Source: Methanocellales archaeon
GTDB lineage: Archaea; Halobacteriota; JAWCLZ01
Reading direction: 5' to 3'
Assembly (NCBI GenBank): GCA_038850285.1
Contig: JAWCMA010000008.1
Span: forward strand, 1-33,372
Length of the DNA: 33,372 nt
The number at the start of each line of letters is the position of its first letter. Positions within the stretch are counted from its first letter, which is position 1. The notes beneath the pieces are model-generated. The model was not told the origin of the DNA. It saw only the letters and a list, made by a program, of their open reading frames with translations, and did no database searches. The position numbers and the translations under genes are program-made. Positions 1-7,454 of the stretch are shown piece after piece.

Positions 1-40
1 ATTACGAATCAGCCGCTTTACCGTGCTAAGCCACGGCGGC
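1..40 (-). tRNA. tRNA-Thr (anticodon CGT), 5' half only; truncated by window edge
   Basis: Reverse complement reads GCCGCCG TG GCTT AGCACGGTA AAGC G GCTGA TT-CGT-AA T..., giving acceptor strand, D-arm and anticodon arm. Confidence 0.9.
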
Positions 41-140
41 GCTATTATATATTCTTCATATTAAACTTAACAATTGCTGTGAAGCTAGCTTTTATTAAGA
101 AATGTTCGGCGAGAATGCATTGTGGCTAGAAGGCAAGAGC

Positions 141-150
141 AAGTTTAAAG
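141..150 (+). promoter_or_regulatory. TATA box of tRNA-Arg
   Basis: TTTAAA at 144-149, about 25 nt upstream of the tRNA 5' end at 174. Confidence 0.6.
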
Positions 151-173
151 TATCCTCAAATTCATATTTTATC

Positions 174-262
174 GGGCGTGTGGCCTAGCCAGGACAGGGC
201 GGCATCTATAAGCCGTATGCCTCCTAAGCTGTAGATCAGGGGTTCAAATCCCCTCACGCCCG
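174..262 (+). tRNA. tRNA-Arg (anticodon CCT, 223-225) with 14-nt intron 205-218 at position 29/30
   Basis: Acceptor GGGCGTG/CACGCCC, D-arm, T-arm AGGGG-TTCAAAT-CCCCT. Removing TCTATAAGCCGTAT restores the anticodon arm GCAGC-CTCCTAA-GCTGT. The junctions form a bulge-helix-bulge. CCA is not encoded. Confidence 0.93.
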
Positions 263-285
263 TTTAAAGGCGGGATATTATTGCA

Positions 286-310
286 CGCAATTTATGCAAT
301 TTATGCAATA
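286..310. repeat. Short tandem repeat (GCAATTTAT)x2 plus partial copy
   Basis: gcaatttat gcaatttat gcaatac directly visible downstream of tRNA-Arg. Confidence 0.7.
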
Positions 311-491
311 CTTTTATTACACAATCCACGCTGCAGTATAGCAGTAGCATTATGTTCATGCTGATAAGTAATGCTTATAGCTCTTCTCTTATACCCAGGC
401 ACGGCTTCATCATAGTTTTCGAGGGTGAAGCATGAGGCATAAACAGAAAGAATTAATAAGCAAATATTATCAAAAAGAGGAGGCTAATTTG

Positions 492-1196
492 ATGAATCTT
501 ACCAGAAGAAAGTTTTTAAAGCTAGCTATAGCTTGTGCTGCTATTAATTTTTCAGGATGCCTTGGTCCTGAGGTAAAAGTAACAGAGCCTAATATAGAGG
601 TGGGAAGCGTGATAAAACTCCCCAACCCGAGATATGATGGTGAAATATCCATAGAAGCAGGATTGCTGAGGAGGAGATCTATAAGGGCTTACTCAGGCGG
701 AGATTTAAAGCTGGAGGAGATATCGCAATTACTATGGGCTGCCCAAGGGATAACCTCTCCATTAGGTTTTAGAACTGCTCCTTCTGCAGGTGCGCTGTAT
801 CCACTTGAGCTTTATCTAGCAGCAGGAGATGTCGAGGATATAGATAAAGGTGTTTATAAATATATTTCAAAAGAGCATGCGTTGATAAAAATTCTAGATG
901 GAGATGTAAGAGAAGAACTTGCAAGTGCTGCAGTTAACCAAAGATATGTATCGGAGGCAGCTGTTGATATAGTATTTTCAGCAGTTTATGAGAGAACCAT
1001 GATAAAATATGGGGAGAGAGGCAGGAGATATGTTCACATGGAAGCGGGGCACGCAGCGCAAAATGTTTATCTACAAGCAATTTCATTAAACTTGGGAACT
1101 GTGGTTATAGGTGGATTCTTAGATGAAAAGGTGAAAATGATTTTAAACATGCAAGAGGAGCCTCTTTATATCATGCCTGTGGGGAGAAAGGCTTAA
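492..1196 (+). CDS. SagB/ThcOx-family FMN-dependent dehydrogenase (nitroreductase fold) with Tat/lipoprotein signal
   Basis: RRRSIR, RTAPSAGALYP and EAGHAAQN motifs. N-terminal TRRKFLK...FSGC. Start moved from 432 to ATG 492, which follows GAGGAGG. Confidence 0.88.
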   Translation: MNLTRRKFLKLAIACAAINFSGCLGPEVKVTEPNIEVGSVIKLPNPRYDGEISIEAGLLRRRSIRAYSGGDLKLEEISQLLWAAQGITSPLGFRTAPSAGALYPLELYLAAGDVEDIDKGVYKYISKEHALIKILDGDVREELASAAVNQRYVSEAAVDIVFSAVYERTMIKYGERGRRYVHMEAGHAAQNVYLQAISLNLGTVVIGGFLDEKVKMILNMQEEPLYIMPVGRKA

Positions 1197-1224
1197 TTCT
1201 TTCCACGCCATCATTAAAGTTAAA

Positions 1225-1461
1225 ATGCAGTTGAAGAAGAAAATTCAAAATCCCCAGAAGTGCTTAAGCGCAGCTCTTGGGAAAAGTATTACTGTTGCAC
1301 TTAAAAATGGAAAAGAATATAGAGGAGAACTCAAAGGCTTTGATGAACATATGAATTTAGTGCTTGAAAATGCAGAGCTGCTAAATGCAGGGAGGAAATT
1401 AGATATAGCTGTTATAAGAGGGGATACAATTTTCTATATAATACTGGAGAACCATGGTTAG
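1225..1461 (+). CDS. Sm-like archaeal protein (SmAP/LSm)
   Basis: Sm1 motif (V-L-K-N-G..Y-R-G-L-GFDEHMNLVL) and Sm2 motif (IRGD). Confidence 0.92.
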   Translation: MQLKKKIQNPQKCLSAALGKSITVALKNGKEYRGELKGFDEHMNLVLENAELLNAGRKLDIAVIRGDTIFYIILENHG

Positions 1462-2062
1462 AGAAATCCTCTCCAAAATACCTTCCTATTCAGATGAACT
1501 TGGCTTAGACTTATGTAAGCCTGAGGATAGATTTAAATGGTTTTTAGCCTCGATGCTTTATGCAAAAAGGATCTCAAGCGAGGTCGCTAAGAAAACTTTC
1601 CAAAAGCTAATGGAAAAAAGTTTAACATCTCCAGATAAATTACTAGATGCAGGCTGGGATAAAATAGTTGAGACTCTGGATTCAGGGGGCTATGTGAGAT
1701 ATGATTTTTCAACGGCTACAAATCTCCTTGAAGCAGTTAAACTTTTGAAGAAACGCTACAGCGGAAGTTTAGAAGAGCTTCACAAGCAAGCTAAAGACCC
1801 GGAGGATTTAGAGAAAAAACTGCTGGAGTTCAAGGGCGTTGGAGAGGTTGCAGTCAACATATTCCTAAGAGAACTTAGGGGTATATGGGCTAAAGCAAAG
1901 CCTGAATTCTCCCCCAAAGCTTTAAATGTGGCTAAAAAACTTGGAATTGATGAAAAAGAATTAGAGACCTATGAATCCAAGCTTGTGAGAATAAATTTGC
2001 AATACTGCAGAAGGCAGAAGTGCCTAAAATGCTTGCTCAAGAATTACTGCAAATTTTTTTAA
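1454..2062 (+). CDS. HhH-GPD superfamily / endonuclease III-like protein with C-terminal Cys cluster
   Basis: HhH motif LLEFKGVGEVAVNIFLREL, GGYVRYD, and C-terminal CRRQKCLKCLLKNYC (4Fe-4S-like). Overlaps the Sm gene by 8 nt. Confidence 0.75.
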   Translation: MVREILSKIPSYSDELGLDLCKPEDRFKWFLASMLYAKRISSEVAKKTFQKLMEKSLTSPDKLLDAGWDKIVETLDSGGYVRYDFSTATNLLEAVKLLKKRYSGSLEELHKQAKDPEDLEKKLLEFKGVGEVAVNIFLRELRGIWAKAKPEFSPKALNVAKKLGIDEKELETYESKLVRINLQYCRRQKCLKCLLKNYCKFF

Positions 2063-2069
2063 AAAAAAA
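2054..2069. terminator. Possible bidirectional oligo-T terminator
   Basis: T7 followed by A9 between convergent genes. Confidence 0.45.
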
Positions 2070-2127
2070 TTCAATGGGTTGCAAATTAAATAGCTATTCT
2101 GGGGAGAGTATAATTATTGCAAAGAAG

Positions 2128-3513
2128 CTAGCAGGTTTTCTCCACAGTTCCCAGCTGCTCGCCAATCTTTTTATCTAGTATCCTCAGAAACTCCTCTTCA
2201 GAGTTAAAGGGAATAGTAGCTCCAGCTGCAATATCGTGGCCTCCTCCAACCCCTCCAACGCAGGAGGCTGCTTCACTTAATGCCGCTGCAAGATTCAATC
2301 CCCGCTGCACTAAATTTTGACTGCCTCTTGCTGATACTTTCACCCCATCCTCCGCTTGTGCAAATGCAATTATAGGCAAGCTGCGTGTGCTATTCGTACT
2401 CATCCCCGCTACTATACCCACGATGGTCTCTCTTATGCTGCTTCCACCGTGGAAGTACTGCAAATTCTTAAGAGTAACAATTCCTTTTTCCTTCACGAAC
2501 TTCAATCCCTCAGCTAAGTTTTTGCGATGCTGGTGAAGTAGATTTCTAGCATAAGCGAAGGCAAGGCCTCGATCTCCTAGGCAAACCGCTAGGCCGACTT
2601 CAGCGAAGTCATAGCGAGCTGTGGCATTGAGCAAAGTGGCAAATTCCGAGGCATCTCTAACCTCGGTGCCTGCTGGCTCTTTTAAAAAAGTATATACCTC
2701 GCCTATTAAGCGCTGTACATTGCGCGGGGAAATTCCATTTTCAAGGCAAAGCTGAAGTAATTTAGAAACTATTAATTGCTTCTCTTGCTTGGATAAATCA
2801 ATCCAACGCCTCCACTCCTCATTCTTTAAGGTAATGCCTATGCGAAGGAGGAAAGCAAGACATGTTTCTTCATTTCCACTTAAACTCGGGATATAGGGAT
2901 CTGAAGAGTATTCCAATAGTTTGTGCAGCGGTCTAGTTTGCCTACCGAAGAGCTTTAGATCCCTTTCAAATGCCACAATGCCAAGTTTGCTGCCTTCTTC
3001 TAATATACGGCGATTAATACCTATGAGCTTGTTTTCTTTATTATCCTGAAGATCTCCCACTGCACCTACAATTGCAAGTGGAATTAAGTCATCGCTGCTG
3101 GAGATATTTTTAGCGACGAGATAGCTTGCTCCAGCACCGCTTAATTCTATTGAGCCATTGAAGCCGAAGAGATGGGGATTTAAATGGTGCTCAATTCCCC
3201 TACCCGCGGGCTGGTGGTGATCGATCACTATGGCTTGCAATTTAAACTCAGAGATCTTAGCTGAAACACCGCTGCCTAGATCTGTGAAGATAACTAGCTC
3301 TGGATTTTGGTCCGCTATTTCCCTCAAGGTTTTATCATCGAGTTTTTTAACGATTTTATGAGAAAAATCGATACCCGCGCGCTCAAGCGCTCTGCATATG
3401 ATAGCAGCACTTGCTAGGCCATCTGCATCTATATGGGAAACTATTAATGCACTGCTGTATCTCTTTATCTCTAAAGCGCAATCCTTAGCAGCTTTTAATA
3501 ACCTCTGCATCAA
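2128..3513 (-). CDS. RecJ/Cdc45-like DHH-DHHA1 phosphoesterase (archaeal RecJ homolog)
   Basis: SHIDADG, DLGSG, IDHH and GAVGD motifs; C-terminal GGGHDIAAGA. Start is TTG 3513 or ATG 3510. Confidence 0.9.
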   Translation of the reverse strand: MMQRLLKAAKDCALEIKRYSSALIVSHIDADGLASAAIICRALERAGIDFSHKIVKKLDDKTLREIADQNPELVIFTDLGSGVSAKISEFKLQAIVIDHHQPAGRGIEHHLNPHLFGFNGSIELSGAGASYLVAKNISSSDDLIPLAIVGAVGDLQDNKENKLIGINRRILEEGSKLGIVAFERDLKLFGRQTRPLHKLLEYSSDPYIPSLSGNEETCLAFLLRIGITLKNEEWRRWIDLSKQEKQLIVSKLLQLCLENGISPRNVQRLIGEVYTFLKEPAGTEVRDASEFATLLNATARYDFAEVGLAVCLGDRGLAFAYARNLLHQHRKNLAEGLKFVKEKGIVTLKNLQYFHGGSSIRETIVGIVAGMSTNSTRSLPIIAFAQAEDGVKVSARGSQNLVQRGLNLAAALSEAASCVGGVGGGHDIAAGATIPFNSEEEFLRILDKKIGEQLGTVEKTC

Positions 3514-3548
3514 AGGCTATACAGCAAAGAGATATGAAAAGGTTTTGG

Positions 3549-4532
3549 TTAGCAAGGTGAAAATGAGTTTTCTAACGCGCTTCTAAGGTTTAGGCAGTCT
3601 CCAGCTATCACTTGCTTTATCGATCCATCCTCGAGTTCTACAAGCAAGCTTCCATTCGATGCGATATCTCTTGCAATGCCAGTGAAATTCTCATTTTGGG
3701 TTTTAATTTGAACTTTTTCACCCAGAATGCTGGATAGCGCTCGCCATCGATTCAAAATCAAACTGGGATCTCGCTTGAAGAGGAAGTATTTCTCTTCAAG
3801 TTCAAGCAGTAGCTCTTGAACAAACTTTGCCCGCTCAATTACATTGCCAAGTTCTTTTTTAAGCGTTGTAGCGATTTTCTGTATCTCCATAGGCAAGTCA
3901 TTGTTGGCATTTATACCTATTCCCAGTATTGCATAGTCCACTGCTTCAACCTCAGCAGCCAATTCGAGTAAGATGCCGCAGACTTTTTTATCGCGAATCA
4001 TAACATCGTTAGGCCATTTAAGTTTAGCGTGCAGGCCAAGTTTATTAATAGCATTCGCAGCACCAACCCCTGCTGCTATAGCTAGTAAATGTGCATTACT
4101 CGGCAAGATCTCGGGACGGAGGATTACTGAGAGCCAGATTCCGCCTGGGGGAGAGGCCCAAGTTCTCCCAAGTCTGCCTCTTCCCATCGACTGGCTTTCA
4201 GCAAGTACAACCAGTCCCTCTGAAGCGCCTTTTTCTGCTAGCTCCTTTGCCACATCATTGGTTGAACTTACGCTTTGGAAATAGCTAAGTTCTCTGCCTA
4301 TGATCGCAGTTTTCAATCCAATTTTTATTTCCTCAGGTGTAATTAAATCCGGGCTTTTAAGGAGTCTATAGCCCTTTTTGGGCTTGGCTTCTATTTCATA
4401 TCCCATTTTTTTCAGGGATTTAATTTGTTTCCAGATTGCTGTTCTCGATACTTTTAAAGCGCGAGCTAGTTTTCCCCCGGAAACATATTTTCCCTGGCTT
4501 TGCTTTAACTCTTGAAGTATTTTTTCCTTCAT
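3549..4532 (-). CDS. birA: Bifunctional biotin-protein ligase/repressor (HTH + BPL + SH3-like)
   Basis: N-terminal HTH (SGGKLARALKVSRTAIWKQI); STN, Q..GRGRLGRTW, KWPND, KVCGIL, GIGIN and AGD motifs all intact. Confidence 0.95.
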   Translation of the reverse strand: MKEKILQELKQSQGKYVSGGKLARALKVSRTAIWKQIKSLKKMGYEIEAKPKKGYRLLKSPDLITPEEIKIGLKTAIIGRELSYFQSVSSTNDVAKELAEKGASEGLVVLAESQSMGRGRLGRTWASPPGGIWLSVILRPEILPSNAHLLAIAAGVGAANAINKLGLHAKLKWPNDVMIRDKKVCGILLELAAEVEAVDYAILGIGINANNDLPMEIQKIATTLKKELGNVIERAKFVQELLLELEEKYFLFKRDPSLILNRWRALSSILGEKVQIKTQNENFTGIARDIASNGSLLVELEDGSIKQVIAGDCLNLRSALENSFSPC

Positions 4533-6667
4533 TTCTTTCTCACGCTTAATATCTTACCTGCAATAATTTTTCTCTCAGTTTGATCCTGCAGCTTAAGTAC
4601 AAGACTGCCATTAGGATCGAGATCTATTGCTTCACCCTCTAAAATTTCCACTGGGGTTGATATCTTAGTTATTTTTCCATGTAGATAAGAAAGATGAATC
4701 CACTCGTGCAATATGGAATTGAAGCCTTCTTTTTGAACAGTTATATACTTCGCTTCAAGTTCCTCGAGCATTTTTCTAATCAATTCCTTTCTCGAGACTT
4801 GCTCTCCAAGTTCTTTTTTAAGTGAAGTTGCAGTTCGGCGCAGCCAGAGAGGAAATGAGGCTACATCGACATTTGCATTTATTCCAATACCAAGTATGAG
4901 GTATTTCAATTCATTTCGCTCGCTAACTGATTCAGCGAATATGCCTGCTATTTTCTTATCCTTGATCATTATATCGCTAGGCCATTTTATCTTCGCATCT
5001 AAGCCATAGAGTTTTTTAATAGTATTAGCCACAGCAACGCTGGCGAGGAGGTTGAACTTTGCTGCTTCTGCTGGAGGCAATTTCGGCGTCAAAATCACGC
5101 TCAGCCAGATTCCGCCAAATGGCGAGAGCCATACTTCGCCCATTTTAGCTCTAGCTTTATACTGTGTTTCAGCAATAACAGCTGTGCCTTCTCTCGCACC
5201 TTTTTCAATTAGTTCTCTAGCTAAAAGATTTGTGGATAAAACATCCTCAGTATAATATATCTCTCTGCCTATGAATTTTGTATTAAGATCGCTTTTGATC
5301 TCATTAGGATTGATTTTGGGCACATTTAAAATTCTCCTTTGAATGAAATTGGTATCAACCTCGCCTTTCATAAAAGCTGGATCGTGAATGATTGTTTTGT
5401 GTAGCGGGAGAGTTGTATGTATGCCTTCTATGATGAATTCATCGAGGGCTCTTTTCATTCGTTCAATTGCTTCATTTCGATCTTGGCCCCATACTATTAA
5501 TTTCGCGAGGAGTGAATCATAGTAATGTGGAATGGTATAGCCCGCATAGGCGCTACCCCTATCTACTCTAACCCAGGGTCCTCCTGGGAGTACATATTCA
5601 GTTATAGTGCCAAATGAAGGAGCGAAGTCTTTACTTGGGTCTTCAGCATTTATTCTGCATTCAATGGCGTGGCCTTGAAGATGTATATCTTCTTGATCGA
5701 AATCTAATGATTCTCCATAGGCAATTTTAATCTGCTGCTTCACTAAGTCTATTCCAGTGATCATCTCGGTTACAGGGTGCTCCACCTGTATTCTTGTATT
5801 CATTTCAATGAAGTAAGCATTCCCATGGTGATCCATCAAAAATTCCACGGTGCCTGCGCTTCTATATCCAGCTTCTTTAACTCCCTGAACCGCGATTTTA
5901 CCAAGCCTCTCTCCAAGCTCAGGCGTTATAGCTAAACTTGGTGCTTCTTCCAACAGTTTTTGATGTCTCCTTTGAATGGAGCACTCCCTTTCGCCTAGGT
6001 GAATTGTTTTGCCTTTATTATCCGCTAATATTTGAATTTCAATATGCCTTGGACTATCGAGGTATTTCTCAATGTATACGCTTCCATCGCCAAATGCTTT
6101 CTCAGCTGTTCTTTGAGCAGATTCAAAAGCTGGTTTAAATTCTGGCTCGCATTTCACGATACGCATGCCTATGCCGCCGCCACCTGCAGCTGCTTTTATT
6201 ATCACGGGATAGCCAATTGAATTAGCTATATCTAGAGCTCTATCAGGGTCTTTAATGCTATTCATGGTTCCAGGCAGCAAATTTGCACCTGCCTTTACCA
6301 TTAACCTCCTAGCCTCAAGTTTGTTGCCTAGTCTTCGAATGTTTTCCGGAGTAGGCCCTATGAAAACCAAGCCATTCTTCCAGCACATTTCAGCGAAATC
6401 TGCATTTTCCGCTAGAAATCCATATCCAGGATGAATTGCTTCTGCGTTTACCCTCAAAGCTGTGTCTATAAGTACTTGCATATTTAGATAGCTTTCCCTC
6501 GCGGGAGGTGCTCCAATGCAGTAAGCTTCATCTGCATAGGTAACGTGAAGCGACTCTCTATCTGCCTCTGAATAAACCCCGATGGTTTCAATTTCAAGCT
6601 CTTTGCAAGCTCGAATTACTCTAATTGCTACCTCGCCTCGATTGGCAATTAAGATTTTGTTGAACAT
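4529..6667 (-). CDS. accC: Biotin carboxylase (aa ~1-447) fused to a C-terminal biotin-protein-ligase-like domain (aa ~452-712)
   Basis: IANRGE, HPGYGFLAEN, GGGGIGM, ERECSIQRRHQK, EMNTRIQVEH and YDSLLAKL, then STN, GGIWLS, KWPSD, KIAGI and GIGINAN in one continuous frame. Confidence 0.92.
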   Translation of the reverse strand: MFNKILIANRGEVAIRVIRACKELEIETIGVYSEADRESLHVTYADEAYCIGAPPARESYLNMQVLIDTALRVNAEAIHPGYGFLAENADFAEMCWKNGLVFIGPTPENIRRLGNKLEARRLMVKAGANLLPGTMNSIKDPDRALDIANSIGYPVIIKAAAGGGGIGMRIVKCEPEFKPAFESAQRTAEKAFGDGSVYIEKYLDSPRHIEIQILADNKGKTIHLGERECSIQRRHQKLLEEAPSLAITPELGERLGKIAVQGVKEAGYRSAGTVEFLMDHHGNAYFIEMNTRIQVEHPVTEMITGIDLVKQQIKIAYGESLDFDQEDIHLQGHAIECRINAEDPSKDFAPSFGTITEYVLPGGPWVRVDRGSAYAGYTIPHYYDSLLAKLIVWGQDRNEAIERMKRALDEFIIEGIHTTLPLHKTIIHDPAFMKGEVDTNFIQRRILNVPKINPNEIKSDLNTKFIGREIYYTEDVLSTNLLARELIEKGAREGTAVIAETQYKARAKMGEVWLSPFGGIWLSVILTPKLPPAEAAKFNLLASVAVANTIKKLYGLDAKIKWPSDIMIKDKKIAGIFAESVSERNELKYLILGIGINANVDVASFPLWLRRTATSLKKELGEQVSRKELIRKMLEELEAKYITVQKEGFNSILHEWIHLSYLHGKITKISTPVEILEGEAIDLDPNGSLVLKLQDQTERKIIAGKILSVRKK

Positions 6668-6735
6668 TACTTTGGATAGTCATGCGCGAATAACCTAAAA
6701 ATATTTTTGGATAGAGATAGTCGATAAAATTACTC

Positions 6736-7167
6736 TTACTCTATAACTGCAAGTAAAGTATTGGGACTAACTGTTTGACCAACGGTTACGTGCACAGCTT
6801 TAACAACTCCAGCTCTATGGGAGCGAACATCGTTCTCCATCTTCATTGCTTCAATTATTGCAATAACATCTCCTTTTTTCACAACATCCCCAGCTTTAAC
6901 CCTTACCTGCACCACTGTACCCTGCATTGGGCTGAGAATTCCACCGTCCACTGGAGCTGTGCTTTCTTCAGCCTTTGGAGTTAGTTTTGCTTCTATCTTG
7001 GGAGGCTCTATTTTAGGAGGCTCCAGTTTGAGTGATTCAACTGGCTTTGGTGCTCCTACCTTTGGCGCACTCACTGCAGCTGATGGAGAGGGTGATATGC
7101 CCTCTTTGATCTCCTCAACTTTAACTTCATAGACCTTCCCGTTGACCTCGATCTTATATCTCTTCAT
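6736..7167 (-). CDS. Biotin carboxyl carrier protein (stand-alone)
   Basis: EAMKM biotinylation motif, SPMQG, Pro/Ala-rich linker, N-terminal YKIEVNGKVYEVKVEE hairpin. Confidence 0.95.
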   Translation of the reverse strand: MKRYKIEVNGKVYEVKVEEIKEGISPSPSAAVSAPKVGAPKPVESLKLEPPKIEPPKIEAKLTPKAEESTAPVDGGILSPMQGTVVQVRVKAGDVVKKGDVIAIIEAMKMENDVRSHRAGVVKAVHVTVGQTVSPNTLLAVIE

Positions 7168-7447
7168 CTGAAATCCCCCTCATAGCCTCTTGCCTCCCCG
7201 ATAAGCTCCAGCTTGAAACTGCTTTTGCAAGCATTTTTCTATCCCTTCTCAGGGGGGTCATTAAATTGCGTCTCCCAGCTAAACTCCATTTCCTTATAAT
7301 CAAAGGAGAGGGGATTGCCTCCTCGCTCTCTAGGTATGCTGAAATTGCTGCTGCAATGACTGCGATTTGCACTTCTACTTCTTCCTTAATTTCTTCTATC
7401 TTGACTTCGTGAATTTTTCCATCTATTTCTACTTTGAATCTCCTCAT
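7154..7447 (-). CDS. Small acyl-CoA carboxylase accessory subunit (epsilon/PccX-like), 97 aa
   Basis: AVIAAAISAYL helix and two W-S-L-x-GR motifs; lies between the carboxyltransferase and BCCP genes. Start moved to ATG 7447 just after the upstream stop. Confidence 0.7.
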   Translation of the reverse strand: MRRFKVEIDGKIHEVKIEEIKEEVEVQIAVIAAAISAYLESEEAIPSPLIIRKWSLAGRRNLMTPLRRDRKMLAKAVSSWSLSGRQEAMRGISDEEI

Positions 7448-7454
7448 TTTAACC

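Noticed and set aside
240-431. Integrated element at the tRNA-Arg 3' end
   Set aside because: No integrase or duplicated tRNA end seen; the minus-strand open frame in this spacer has no start codon.
432-491. Longest-ORF starts (432; likewise 7510, 14772, 22575, 29098, 29897)
   Set aside because: Better RBS or coupling and family-typical N-termini occur at downstream codons.
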